Notes under the pieces: generated by a model
What the model saw: the letters and a program-made list of their open reading frames with translations, nothing else
The model's database searches: none
What the model was told of the DNA's origin: nothing
Assembly: GCA_963771465.1 (NCBI GenBank)
Contig: CAVYTU010000011.1
Coordinates: forward strand, 32,001-96,000
Origin: an uncultured delta proteobacterium
Lineage (GTDB): Bacteria > Desulfobacterota > Binatia > UBA9968
DNA length: 64,000 nucleotides
Reading direction: 5' to 3'
Translations under genes and position numbers: made by a program
Shown here: positions 22,839 through 32,029 of the stretch, in pieces
Numbering within the stretch: the first letter of the stretch is position 1
How the letters are laid out: every line of letters starts with the position of its first letter

Positions 22839-24584
22839 TTGGTCGACCGTTACCGGCGATTAATTATCCTCGGTATTTTGTCGCTGGTCGCCACCGATCT
22901 TGCGGGCATCACGCTGCCTTGGCTCATCAAAGGCGGCATCGATACCGCGCTGCACGCTAAAGAACGTAACGAATCCCTGATTACTTATCCGCTGTTGATC
23001 CTCGGTGCCGCCGCGCTGCAAGGTTTTTTTCGCTATTGCTGGCGCATCAATATTAATGGCTTCTCCCGCCGCTGCGAGGCGGATTTGCGCGACCGGGTTT
23101 TCGCGCATTTACAAAAACTGCCGCTGAGTTATTTCCAACACCACAAGATCGGCGATCTGATGTCGCGCTTGACCAACGATATCCACGCCGTGCGTGAGCT
23201 GATGGGTTTTGGCTCGCTGGCGATCGTCGACGCGGTGGTGGTGATTTTCTTCAGCTTGATGTTGATGATCACGATCGATCCTTGGCTCACGCTTTGGTCG
23301 ATGCTGGCGATGCCGCTGGTTCCCGTGGTCGTACGTTATTTTGGCCGACATATCTTTCGCTGGTCGCGCGCGACCCAGGAGCAGGTGAGCGTTTTGAGCG
23401 CCTATGTGTTGGAAAACTTTTCCGGCATCCGGGTCGTGCAAGCCTACGCCCAGGAAGAAAATCAGATTCGCGGTTTCGACGCGATCAGCTCGGGATATCA
23501 GCGCAAAACTATGTGGCTGGCAACGCTGTGGGGGATTTTCTGGCCGCTCATGCAGGTACATGCCGGCGTGGCGGCGACTATCGTGCTCTGGCTCGGCGGG
23601 CGGCAAGTCTTGGCGGGTTCGATGACCCTGGGCGAGTTCGTTGCGTTCAATGGCTATCTGGCGATGCTCACTTGGCCGCTCATGGCGATCGGTTATACCG
23701 CCAATCAATATCAACGCGGCACCGCCGCGCTGTCACGCATCGCCGAAGTTTTGGATACGCCGATCGGAGAACGATATGTAAGCGCCGACGGCAGCTTGGC
23801 GCCATCGGCGCTCAGCGGCGCCATCGAGTTTCGTAATCTGACCTTTGCTTACGATACCGCGCAAGCGCCGGTGCTCAAGAACATCGCGCTTAAAATTCCC
23901 GCCGGCAAAGTCTGCGGCATCGTCGGCGAAACCGGCTCCGGCAAGAGCACGCTGGTTAATCTAATGCTGCGGCTGTACGAACCTGCCGACAATGCGATTC
24001 TTATCGATGGCGTCGATATTCGCCGGCTGCCGCTCAGCCGATTGGAAGCGACGATTGGCTACGTCTCGCAGGATATTTTTCTCTTCTCCGGCTCGGTGCG
24101 GGAGAATCTTCTGCTCGGCGTGCAAAACGGTGAGGTCGGCAAAGTCGAAGAGGCGGCGCGCATCGCGCGTTTGCTGCCGGCGATTGAATCTTTCAGCGGC
24201 GGATTCGAGACGATCATCGGCGAGCGCGGCGTGCGCTTGTCGGGCGGACAGAAGCAGCGCGCCGCGCTGGCGCGCGCGCTTATCAAAAATGCGCCGATCC
24301 TGATTCTTGACGACGCCTTTTCCAGCGTCGATGTCGAGACCGAAGAAGAAATTCTTGGCGAGCTGAAACAATTCATGCGCGGCCGGACGACATTGTTGAT
24401 TTCGCACCGGATATCCACGGTTTGTGAAGCCGACATGATCGTTTACTTACGCGACGGCGCAATCATTGAGCAAGGCATGCACGGTGAGCTGTTGGCGCAG
24501 CGCGGCGCCTATTACGAGCTCTATCGCCGGCAAAGCTTGGAACGGGAAGTCGAAATCGCAGCGCACGCGGAGGTCGAGCCGTGA
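22839..24584 (+). CDS. ABC exporter, fused TMD-NBD (MdlA/YheI-like)
   Basis: 6 TM; GETGSGKST, LSGGQKQR, ILDD (degenerate site). Confidence 0.92.
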   Translation: MVDRYRRLIILGILSLVATDLAGITLPWLIKGGIDTALHAKERNESLITYPLLILGAAALQGFFRYCWRININGFSRRCEADLRDRVFAHLQKLPLSYFQHHKIGDLMSRLTNDIHAVRELMGFGSLAIVDAVVVIFFSLMLMITIDPWLTLWSMLAMPLVPVVVRYFGRHIFRWSRATQEQVSVLSAYVLENFSGIRVVQAYAQEENQIRGFDAISSGYQRKTMWLATLWGIFWPLMQVHAGVAATIVLWLGGRQVLAGSMTLGEFVAFNGYLAMLTWPLMAIGYTANQYQRGTAALSRIAEVLDTPIGERYVSADGSLAPSALSGAIEFRNLTFAYDTAQAPVLKNIALKIPAGKVCGIVGETGSGKSTLVNLMLRLYEPADNAILIDGVDIRRLPLSRLEATIGYVSQDIFLFSGSVRENLLLGVQNGEVGKVEEAARIARLLPAIESFSGGFETIIGERGVRLSGGQKQRAALARALIKNAPILILDDAFSSVDVETEEEILGELKQFMRGRTTLLISHRISTVCEADMIVYLRDGAIIEQGMHGELLAQRGAYYELYRRQSLEREVEIAAHAEVEP

Positions 24585-26398
24585 TCGGCGATGGCCATCA
24601 AGAAGATGAGATTCTCGGCAAGGCGTATGACGCTCGGCTCATGCTGCGGGTGCTCCGTTATCTGCGTCCTTATTGGAAACTGTTGACGGTGGCGTTCGCG
24701 TTTTTGCTGCTTCAGACCGGCACGCAGTTGATCGGTCCCTATATTACCAAGATCGCCATCGACCGTTACATCGCCACTCAGGATGTTGACGGCCTCGACA
24801 GGACGGCTTTGGCTTACCTCGGGGTTGTCATTCTCGGTTTTATCGTCCTGTTCGTGCAGACCTACACGACGTCTTATATCGGCCAGCGTGCCATGCATGA
24901 TTTGCGTATGGAGATTTTTTCCCATTTGCAGAGACAAGATTTAGCCTATTTCGACCGCAATGCCGTCGGCCGCCTGATGACGCGCACGATCAACGACGTG
25001 GAGACGCTCAACGAATTGTTCAGCACGGGCGTTGTCGGTTTAATGGGCGACGTCTCGATCGTCTTTGGCATCGCGTTCATGATGTTTTGGCTCGACTGGC
25101 AGTTGGCGCTGGTCTGTCTGGCGGCCTTTCCGGTGATTCTCTATATCAGCCGTTTTTACCGCCAGCGCGCCCGCGAAGTTTACCGCGAGAGCCGGATGAT
25201 TCTCGGCCGGCTCAACGCCGACTTGCAGGAAAACATCGCCGGCGTGGCGACGATCCAGGCATTTGGCCAAGAACAAAAAATGTACCGCCGTTTTCAGGAC
25301 GTAAATTTGAGCTATCGGAATGTTTTGCTGCGGAGCATCCGTTACAACGCCCTGTTTTTTCCGGTGATCGAAGTGTTCAGCGCGATTTCCATCGGGCTTT
25401 TACTCTGGCACGGCGCCCACCAGATTTTCGCCAGCACCGTCCAAGCCGGTGTGCTAGTGGCGTTCATCCAATATATTCAGCGTATGTATCAACCGATTCG
25501 CGATCTGGCGGAGAAGTACAACGTCATGCAGGCCGCCATGGCTTCTTCGGAGCGCATCTTTGCCTTGCTCGACCAGTCGGAGACGATTACCAATCCGGCC
25601 GAACCGAAGCGGGTGGAAAAATTCGTCGGCGAAGTTGAATTCCAAAACGTCCGGCTTTCCTACCGGCCGGGCGAGCCGGTGCTCAAAGGCATTTCCTTTC
25701 GCGTCCGGCCCGGCGAAAAGATCGCCCTGGTGGGCGCCACCGGCGGCGGCAAGACGTCGATCATCTCCGCGCTCTGCCGTTTCTACGACGTCGAAGCCGG
25801 CGCGATCCTGATCGATGGCATCGATGTGCGGGCGTGGAACAAACAAGAGCTGCGCCGCCACATGGGATTGGTTTTGCAAGATGTGTTTCTTTTTTCCGGC
25901 GATATCGCAACCAACATCACCCTCGGCGATCCGCGCATCAGCCAACAACGCATGGTCGAGGCAGCCGCGCGGGCACAGATCGCGCCGTTCATCGAAAAGT
26001 TGCCGAACGGTTTCCACGAAGAAGTGCAGGAGCGCGGCGCGACTTTGTCGCAGGGACAGCGCCAGTTATTGTCTTTTGCCCGGGCGCTGGCGTTCGACCC
26101 CAAGATTCTCATTCTTGACGAGGCGACCAGTTCGGTCGACACCCAGACGGAAATATTGATTCAGGAAGCGTTGCAGGAGTTGCTCAAGAATCGCACGGCG
26201 CTGATCGTGGCGCACCGGCTGTCGACGATCAAACACGCCGACCGCATTCTTGTCATTCACAAAGGCGAGATTTGGGAACAGGGCAGCCACGATGAGCTGT
26301 TGGCGCGTCGTGGCCTGTACGCGCGGCTGTATGATTTGCAGTATCGAATTCAAGAGCGCGATAGGGCGGTGGCGGAGCCGGCGCTTGCTACGAACTGA
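24581..26398 (+). CDS. ABC exporter, fused TMD-NBD (MdlB/YheH-like), heterodimer partner
   Basis: GATGGGKT, LSQGQRQ, LILDEATSS; 4-bp overlap with upstream ABC gene. Confidence 0.92.
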   Translation: MIGDGHQEDEILGKAYDARLMLRVLRYLRPYWKLLTVAFAFLLLQTGTQLIGPYITKIAIDRYIATQDVDGLDRTALAYLGVVILGFIVLFVQTYTTSYIGQRAMHDLRMEIFSHLQRQDLAYFDRNAVGRLMTRTINDVETLNELFSTGVVGLMGDVSIVFGIAFMMFWLDWQLALVCLAAFPVILYISRFYRQRAREVYRESRMILGRLNADLQENIAGVATIQAFGQEQKMYRRFQDVNLSYRNVLLRSIRYNALFFPVIEVFSAISIGLLLWHGAHQIFASTVQAGVLVAFIQYIQRMYQPIRDLAEKYNVMQAAMASSERIFALLDQSETITNPAEPKRVEKFVGEVEFQNVRLSYRPGEPVLKGISFRVRPGEKIALVGATGGGKTSIISALCRFYDVEAGAILIDGIDVRAWNKQELRRHMGLVLQDVFLFSGDIATNITLGDPRISQQRMVEAAARAQIAPFIEKLPNGFHEEVQERGATLSQGQRQLLSFARALAFDPKILILDEATSSVDTQTEILIQEALQELLKNRTALIVAHRLSTIKHADRILVIHKGEIWEQGSHDELLARRGLYARLYDLQYRIQERDRAVAEPALATN

Positions 26399-26420
26399 AG
26401 ATAATCAAGCAGCGAGAAAA

Positions 26421-26458
26421 TTCGGCTCCGGAGAATTAACCGCAAAGGCGCAAAGAAC
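26421..26458. repeat. REP-like intergenic fragment, related to 60573-60625
   Basis: Shared ttcgg...cgga...ttaaccgcaaag between convergent genes. Confidence 0.45.
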
Positions 26459-26510
26459 TAAAAACAATCCGATTTGTCGCACCGCCAAGCTTAGGTTCAC
26501 GATTCTTTCC

Positions 26511-27743
26511 CTACGCAATTAACCCGAGCGGCGCGGCGGCGCGAAAGTTAGGAAAGATTCTGGTCATTTCCTTCTGCCCTAGATGGCGCGTGATCACTTC
26601 GCTGCAAACCGTGCGATAGTCGGTGGTGAGAGCGAGATCACGTCCCTCGTATAAAACTTCCGGCGCGAGTCCAGGCCAGCGGCCGTAGACTTTGCCGCCG
26701 CGCACCTTGCCGCCCATGGCGAACATAACGTTGGCGTGGCCGTGATCGGTGCCGCGGTTGCCGTTCTCGCGCGCGGTGCGGCCAAACTCGGATAGGGTCA
26801 GCAGCACAACGTCGTCCATGCGGTCACCCAGATCGCGATAAAACGCCGCCAGCCCTTCGCCCAAGTCTCGCAGCCGGTTGGCCAGCTGGCCAACGGCGCC
26901 GCCTTCGTTGGCATGGGTGTCCCAACCTTCGATTTCGGTAAATGCGATTTCCAGACCAACGTCAGCTTTGATCAATCTAGCGATCTGCGACAGGCCGGTG
27001 CCGAAACGGCCTGCCGGATAACGTTCCGCCGAGGCGGGAATCTTGGCCTCGACCCGTCGCAGTTCAGTCATGGCGGCGAAGAGGTTTTCACTGCCGAAAC
27101 GAAACAGCGGGTCGGAACTATTGGCGTAAAGCATTTGCAGCGCACCGCCCAATGCTTCGTTGCGCAGCCGAAATTCATTAATCGACGACAAGGTCAGGGC
27201 CGGCGCGGCGCCGGCCAAGATGCGCGGCATTTGCGCCGTTAGTGCGACAGCGCGAAAAGGCGTGTCGCTCGATTTCTTTTCGAGCATAGTGCGATTGAGC
27301 CAACCATCTGCCGTGCTCTTTATCCCCGGCGTGCCGATTTCCATGTAATCTTGGGCGTCAAAATGGGAGCGGGTGTTGTCCGGTGAGCCGCTCGCTTGGA
27401 CAAAAGCAAGTTGCCCTTTATCGTAAATGATTTTCAGCGGCGCTAGCGCGGGATGCAATCCGTAAAAACCGTCGAGATCAATGGCGCGATCGTCGGCGCG
27501 GTCATCGCCTGCGGCGGGCTCGCGCACGGCGATCGATGGCCGCAAGCGATAATAGGCTGGGTCTTTGAACGGGATAACAACATTCAACCCGTCCATGGCA
27601 CCGCGCTGAAACACGACGACCAGGGTTTTATTCTTGCCGCGTTGCTGCGCTTGAGCAGCGCGCAATAGAAATGACGGCGGCAGGCCGAGGGCGAGAAAGC
27701 CCAAACCGCCAGACTGAAGAAAATTTCGCCGTGAAATATTCAT
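26511..27743 (-). CDS. DUF1501 family protein (Tat substrate)
   Basis: SRRNFL Tat motif, FQRGAMDGL, RSHFDAQ, GWDTH, SEFGRT, GTDHG. Confidence 0.92.
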   Translation of the reverse strand: MNISRRNFLQSGGLGFLALGLPPSFLLRAAQAQQRGKNKTLVVVFQRGAMDGLNVVIPFKDPAYYRLRPSIAVREPAAGDDRADDRAIDLDGFYGLHPALAPLKIIYDKGQLAFVQASGSPDNTRSHFDAQDYMEIGTPGIKSTADGWLNRTMLEKKSSDTPFRAVALTAQMPRILAGAAPALTLSSINEFRLRNEALGGALQMLYANSSDPLFRFGSENLFAAMTELRRVEAKIPASAERYPAGRFGTGLSQIARLIKADVGLEIAFTEIEGWDTHANEGGAVGQLANRLRDLGEGLAAFYRDLGDRMDDVVLLTLSEFGRTARENGNRGTDHGHANVMFAMGGKVRGGKVYGRWPGLAPEVLYEGRDLALTTDYRTVCSEVITRHLGQKEMTRIFPNFRAAAPLGLIA

Positions 27744-27745
27744 GC

Positions 27746-29173
27746 CTACCTCCGTTGAAATTCCGGCGCCGCCATGGCGAGAGCGAGCGCCTGCTGGCCT
27801 TCAGTTTCAGCGAGAGCCGCGCGGGTCGCCGACGATAGACCGTCCGGCGCCACGAGACGTAGAAATGCTTCTTTGTCTCTTAGCCGTTCCGGCGCGACTC
27901 GGCTGCCGGGAAGGCGATTGCCGGCCAGATCGACGGCGAAATTCATTCGTGTCAGCAACATGTCCGGACTGATCCATGAGCTTGCGCCGTCGGGATGACC
28001 GGTGGGCGGCTGCGCCAAAAATAGCGGCTCGCCCATGCGGCCGACGTAGCGCAGCAACTGATGGGTCATTTGAGTTTCGGCGCCGGTGGCGCGCAATGCG
28101 CTGGCAACAAACTCCAGCGGTTTTTTGACTTTCACTCGGTAATTCTCAGGGGCGAAGAATTCCGGCGAGTCGATGATCGTTCGGAGCACCGTGGGAATAT
28201 CGCCATCGCTTTGACGAAAGGCTTGCGCTGCTTTATTTACGATTGACGGCGGCGGATCGTCGGCGATAAAGCGGCGGGCAAGTTTGAGTGAGATAAATCG
28301 CGCTGTCGCCGGCTGCTGCGCCAAAAGTTCGATGACCCGGAGACCATCGTCCATGCCGCCGCCGGGCGCAATGCGCGCACCCATGACCATCTTTTCACCA
28401 TTGTCATGAATGCGCGGTTCGAAATGAAAACCGCCTTCGCCGCGCGGCTGGCGGATTGTCCAGCCGGTAAAACAGCGCGCCACTTCGATGACGTCTTTCT
28501 GGGTATAGCCGCCGTCGACGCCGACGGTGTGTAACTCCATCAGCTCGCGGGCGTAGTTTTCGTTCAAACCGCGGCGGCGGTTGTTGGCTCCGGCGAAGCG
28601 CGCGCCGGGAGAGTCGGGGCTCGCGCTCATCCAGTTATCGAGATAGAAAAGCATCGCCGGGCTCTTCGCCGTGGCGAGCAAAATATCTTTGAACTTGGTC
28701 AAAGCGTTGGGACGGATGGTGTCGCGGTCGTAGGCGGTGGAGAGCCAGCGGTCGGCGCCCTTGGCGGAAAAAACATTAAAATGATTGCTCCAGAAATCGA
28801 CCATGACTTCAAACAACTGGCGCTTGCTGTAAATTGTCCGCAGCAGGCGCGCCTGTTGGAGCTCGAAGATGATCATACGCGGCGCTTGCATCGGCCCGCC
28901 CGCCATCATGGCCGGCTGATTGGCCTGCTGTCGAGCGACTCGCGGCGGTGGGTAAAGTTCGGTCAGTTCGCGACTGCTCAGACGCATGGTTTTTAGGCCG
29001 GCGAGTTTTTCCTCGACAAGAGTATCGCCAATCGCTTCGGGGCGAAGCTGCTCGTCCAGATACGCGCGGATGCCCATTCGATTGATTCGCGCGACTTCTT
29101 CACGGGTCGGACCGAAGCTGGTGCGATTCAAAAAATGGCTGACCTTTTGCTCTTGGCTGAGTGGCGCACTCAT
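27746..29173 (-). CDS. DUF1800 family protein
   Basis: FWSNHF, PAMLFYLDN, NENYARELMELHT, PEFQRR; adjacent to DUF1501. Confidence 0.92.
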   Translation of the reverse strand: MSAPLSQEQKVSHFLNRTSFGPTREEVARINRMGIRAYLDEQLRPEAIGDTLVEEKLAGLKTMRLSSRELTELYPPPRVARQQANQPAMMAGGPMQAPRMIIFELQQARLLRTIYSKRQLFEVMVDFWSNHFNVFSAKGADRWLSTAYDRDTIRPNALTKFKDILLATAKSPAMLFYLDNWMSASPDSPGARFAGANNRRRGLNENYARELMELHTVGVDGGYTQKDVIEVARCFTGWTIRQPRGEGGFHFEPRIHDNGEKMVMGARIAPGGGMDDGLRVIELLAQQPATARFISLKLARRFIADDPPPSIVNKAAQAFRQSDGDIPTVLRTIIDSPEFFAPENYRVKVKKPLEFVASALRATGAETQMTHQLLRYVGRMGEPLFLAQPPTGHPDGASSWISPDMLLTRMNFAVDLAGNRLPGSRVAPERLRDKEAFLRLVAPDGLSSATRAALAETEGQQALALAMAAPEFQRR

Positions 29174-29182
29174 TGGCGACTC

Positions 29183-29821
29183 CTATTGCCGGCCGCGTTG
29201 AAGCTTTTCTCGAAGTTCCTCACGAAAACGGCGCTTCTCTTCGAACGTGCCATGTTGTTTCAGTTCGCGGATTTTTTCGCGCAGCTCCTGACGCTCGTGG
29301 GGTGGCATTTTTTCGAAACGTTCCTTAGCCTTTTCGCGCCACGGATTTTTCCGTTCCTGGGACAGCCGCTCGCGCCGCTCTCGCAGTTTTTGGCGCAGTT
29401 CCTGACGTTCCGCTGGATCCATGTCGCGCAGCTTTTGCTTGATCTCGGCGCGCCGCTCGGGCGAAAACTTGCGCCACTCTTGCCAGCGCTCTTGCAGCCG
29501 CTCGCGTTCCTGCGGGTCCATTTTCTGCCAGCGGTCGAAATTTCGCCGCGCCGCCGCCTTCTCTTCCGACGGCAACTTGCGCCAGTTATCAAACTTGCTC
29601 CGGAGATCGGCCTTTTCCCTGGGGTCCATATTCTTCCAACGCTGAAAGCGCTCGCGCATCTCTTGCTTCTCGGCCTCAGACATTTTCCCCCAGCGTTCGC
29701 GGTTTTCTTGATCGCTTTGCGCCAGGAGTAAATCGCGCTGCGCGGTCTGACTCCAAACTGGTGCAGCGAAGAGCACCGCGACGAAGCCAATGCCGACTAT
29801 GGCTCGGCTCAACAGCTTCAC
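29183..29821 (-). CDS. secreted helical-repeat protein (DUF3106-like)
   Basis: Signal peptide; repeated W.KM/L.PEE(K/R) units. Confidence 0.75.
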   Translation of the reverse strand: MKLLSRAIVGIGFVAVLFAAPVWSQTAQRDLLLAQSDQENRERWGKMSEAEKQEMRERFQRWKNMDPREKADLRSKFDNWRKLPSEEKAAARRNFDRWQKMDPQERERLQERWQEWRKFSPERRAEIKQKLRDMDPAERQELRQKLRERRERLSQERKNPWREKAKERFEKMPPHERQELREKIRELKQHGTFEEKRRFREELREKLQRGRQ

Positions 29822-30066
29822 TTCGGTGTCTCCTTCTTCGCCGGCAGAGATTTTGCGGGCTTGGCGGTTTTCACCTGGTCGCCCACCGGGTTGACGTGAT
29901 GCAGATCCTGCATCATTTCTATCTGCTTGATCATTTCCATTTCTTTAAGTAACTCCATCATGCGCAACATTTCCTTGTCGGGGATTTCTGGGTCTTTGGT
30001 CGCTGCCGCAGCTGGTGGCGCGGCGGCGAGCACCAGCGCCAAGGTCAAGCCGTTGGCGTACTTCAT
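29818..30066 (-). CDS. small secreted hypothetical protein
   Basis: Signal peptide, Met-rich helix; operonic overlap. Confidence 0.65.
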   Translation of the reverse strand: MKYANGLTLALVLAAAPPAAAATKDPEIPDKEMLRMMELLKEMEMIKQIEMMQDLHHVNPVGDQVKTAKPAKSLPAKKETPK

Positions 30067-30078
30067 TCACGCGCTTCC

Positions 30079-30597
30079 TTAGGCGGCGTTGTTGCTTTGG
30101 TTACCGATGAACTCGAGCAAATCCAAATCATCGAGAATATCCATGGCGTTAAAAAAGTCCAAGTTTTCCGCCACCGGGAGCGCTTCCGCTATCTCGTCGT
30201 CCTCAATCTGATTGTTGCCCGGCCAAATGCCTTTGCCGAGAGTGAAGGTCAGGGCTAAAACTAGGACAGCCGCGGTGGCAAAAGTCGCAAGGTAGCGCGG
30301 CCTCAAGATGGACGCGAAATCTCGCCACCACGATTTGTTCTCGACGGCGTCGTCGAGTTTGTGGCGCAGCTCGCGATTATAATCCATCCAGAACGCTGGC
30401 GGTGGCTCGTCGGTCTTGGCCGTGAGCGGCAGTAGAGTTGCGAGTTCCTGCAAGTAGCCGGCGCAGCCGGCGCAGCCGGTGACATGTTTCGACAGCTGGT
30501 CGCGCTCGACATCAGCCAAGTCGCCGTAGTGGAGCAAGACCAAGTCCTCTTCATTGGCTTGGCATGCGGTTGTTAGAGTTGACGGTTCCTTCGCCAT
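30079..30597 (-). CDS. anti-sigma factor (zf-HC2/ZAS)
   Basis: HxxxCxxC (HVTGCAGC) plus one TM helix, downstream of ECF sigma. Confidence 0.88.
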   Translation of the reverse strand: MAKEPSTLTTACQANEEDLVLLHYGDLADVERDQLSKHVTGCAGCAGYLQELATLLPLTAKTDEPPPAFWMDYNRELRHKLDDAVENKSWWRDFASILRPRYLATFATAAVLVLALTFTLGKGIWPGNNQIEDDEIAEALPVAENLDFFNAMDILDDLDLLEFIGNQSNNAA

Positions 30598-30605
30598 AAT
30601 CCCTC

Positions 30606-31271
30606 CTAGGCGAACTCGGCCAGACTAGTTCTGAGCGCGGTGACGGCGCGGTGTAAATGAACTTTGACCGTGCCCTCGGCGGTCTGCATCAGTTCGGCGA
30701 TCTCCTTGATCGAAAGTCCCTGCTGGTTTTTTAGTATGAAGGCAGTCTTCTGTTTTGCCGGCAAGGTCTGCAATGCGGCATCGACCTTGCGCGATATTTC
30801 TCCTGCCAACACATGCTGATCCGGCGACCGGGGTTTGGCCGGTTCATGGGACGGTTCCATCTGACTCTCGACATTTTCGTCGAACTCATCAGCCGCGCTG
30901 CGTTTGGTGCGCCGTTTGTAGTCCAGACAGACGTTGACGACGATGCGATAAAACCAGGTATAGAAACTCGACCGGCCGTCGAACTTTTTCAGGTAGCTAA
31001 ACGCTTTCAAGAACGCCTCTTGCGACAAATCCTTGGCTTCCTCGCGGTCGCGGGCGAAGCCAAAGGCGATATGGTAAGCCTTTTGCTGATGGCGCTCGAC
31101 GAGCTCTTCGAACGCCCGGCGATCTCCCGTTTGAGCTCGCGCGACTAACTCCTGGTCCCCAGTATTCGTCAATCGGCTCTCCCTGTCTTTCGATAAATCG
31201 CCGGCGCATGAAAAACTGAGGAGGGAGCGGCGGAACGCTCCGACACTGGCCGCCGCTTGCAGATGTGCCAT
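30606..31271 (-). CDS. ECF RNA polymerase sigma factor
   Basis: DLSQEAFLKA, SFYTWFYRIVVN, EIAELM, GTVKVHLHRA. Confidence 0.93.
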   Translation of the reverse strand: MAHLQAAASVGAFRRSLLSFSCAGDLSKDRESRLTNTGDQELVARAQTGDRRAFEELVERHQQKAYHIAFGFARDREEAKDLSQEAFLKAFSYLKKFDGRSSFYTWFYRIVVNVCLDYKRRTKRSAADEFDENVESQMEPSHEPAKPRSPDQHVLAGEISRKVDAALQTLPAKQKTAFILKNQQGLSIKEIAELMQTAEGTVKVHLHRAVTALRTSLAEFA

Positions 31272-31481
31272 ATTGGGCTCCGCCTTAGTCTTAACCGCGC
31301 TTTTTAGATCGCGGCGAAACTCTTTGCGGTCCTGCCGCAGTTCTCGCTTGTCGCTCTTTTGCTCCTTCCGGCACGCTCAGGATAACGAGAGAAGCAGCCC
31401 AAAGACCAGAGCTAATGAACGATTTGTTGATGATCATAGCCAATTTCTTTCTTTTTCCGACCTTTTCGCGATCTAAACAGG

Positions 31482-31510
31482 TTAGACGCGGCTGGCCTGA
31501 GGAGGTTTAC
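31482..31510 (-). promoter_or_regulatory. ECF-type promoter, probably autoregulatory
   Basis: Minus strand GTAAAC-N16-CGTCTAA, upstream of the ECF operon. Confidence 0.6.
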
Positions 31511-31608
31511 CGCATCCTAGGTTGTCGACAATACTCCAAATGGCTTGTTGCCCGGATCGAAGTACCTAGCGCAGCCCTCCGTTGAGTTCTCCGTTCGCTG
31601 TCGATTGA

Positions 31609-31637
31609 TTGACATGGATTCTTGACTGGGTTATCAC
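31609..31637 (+). promoter_or_regulatory. sigma70-type promoter, probably producing a leaderless mRNA
   Basis: TTGACA-N17-TATCAC, with ATG 7 nt after the -10 box. Confidence 0.55.
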
Positions 31638-31644
31638 AGCGAAC

Positions 31645-31944
31645 ATGAAGGCCGAGCAGATATCTGCTAGGGTTTTCCAGCCGCGTCGCTGGATTGGCGC
31701 GATTGTTTTCTTAGCGCTCTTCTTCCTGCCTCTACATTTTCATCTCTCGTTCGCGGCACAAATCAGCAAAGAGTGTAGCTGTGTTCACGGTACGCGTACG
31801 CAGCTGGCTTTGCATGACAACGAACCGATCCTTGCCCCGCCGCCGTGCATCGCGATTCTGACTCCGCTATTTAGTCAGTCCGTAGTTTCCCAACAAACTC
31901 GTTCACCATATGTCCGCGGGCCGCCCGCGACTCTCTCCGCCTAG
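31645..31944 (+). CDS. DUF2946/CruR-like leader protein with RGPP arrest motif
   Basis: TM segment ending in HFH, CSCVH, Pro-rich linker, C-terminal RGPP; first gene before metal-uptake genes. Confidence 0.72.
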   Translation: MKAEQISARVFQPRRWIGAIVFLALFFLPLHFHLSFAAQISKECSCVHGTRTQLALHDNEPILAPPPCIAILTPLFSQSVVSQQTRSPYVRGPPATLSA

Positions 31945-32029
31945 TTCTTAATTCCTATTTATAGTTTTGATTTTTCACTCCGGCTGCCTCGTGCGGTCGA
32001 AGTGACGGTTCATTTGTAGCGGAGGAGGT

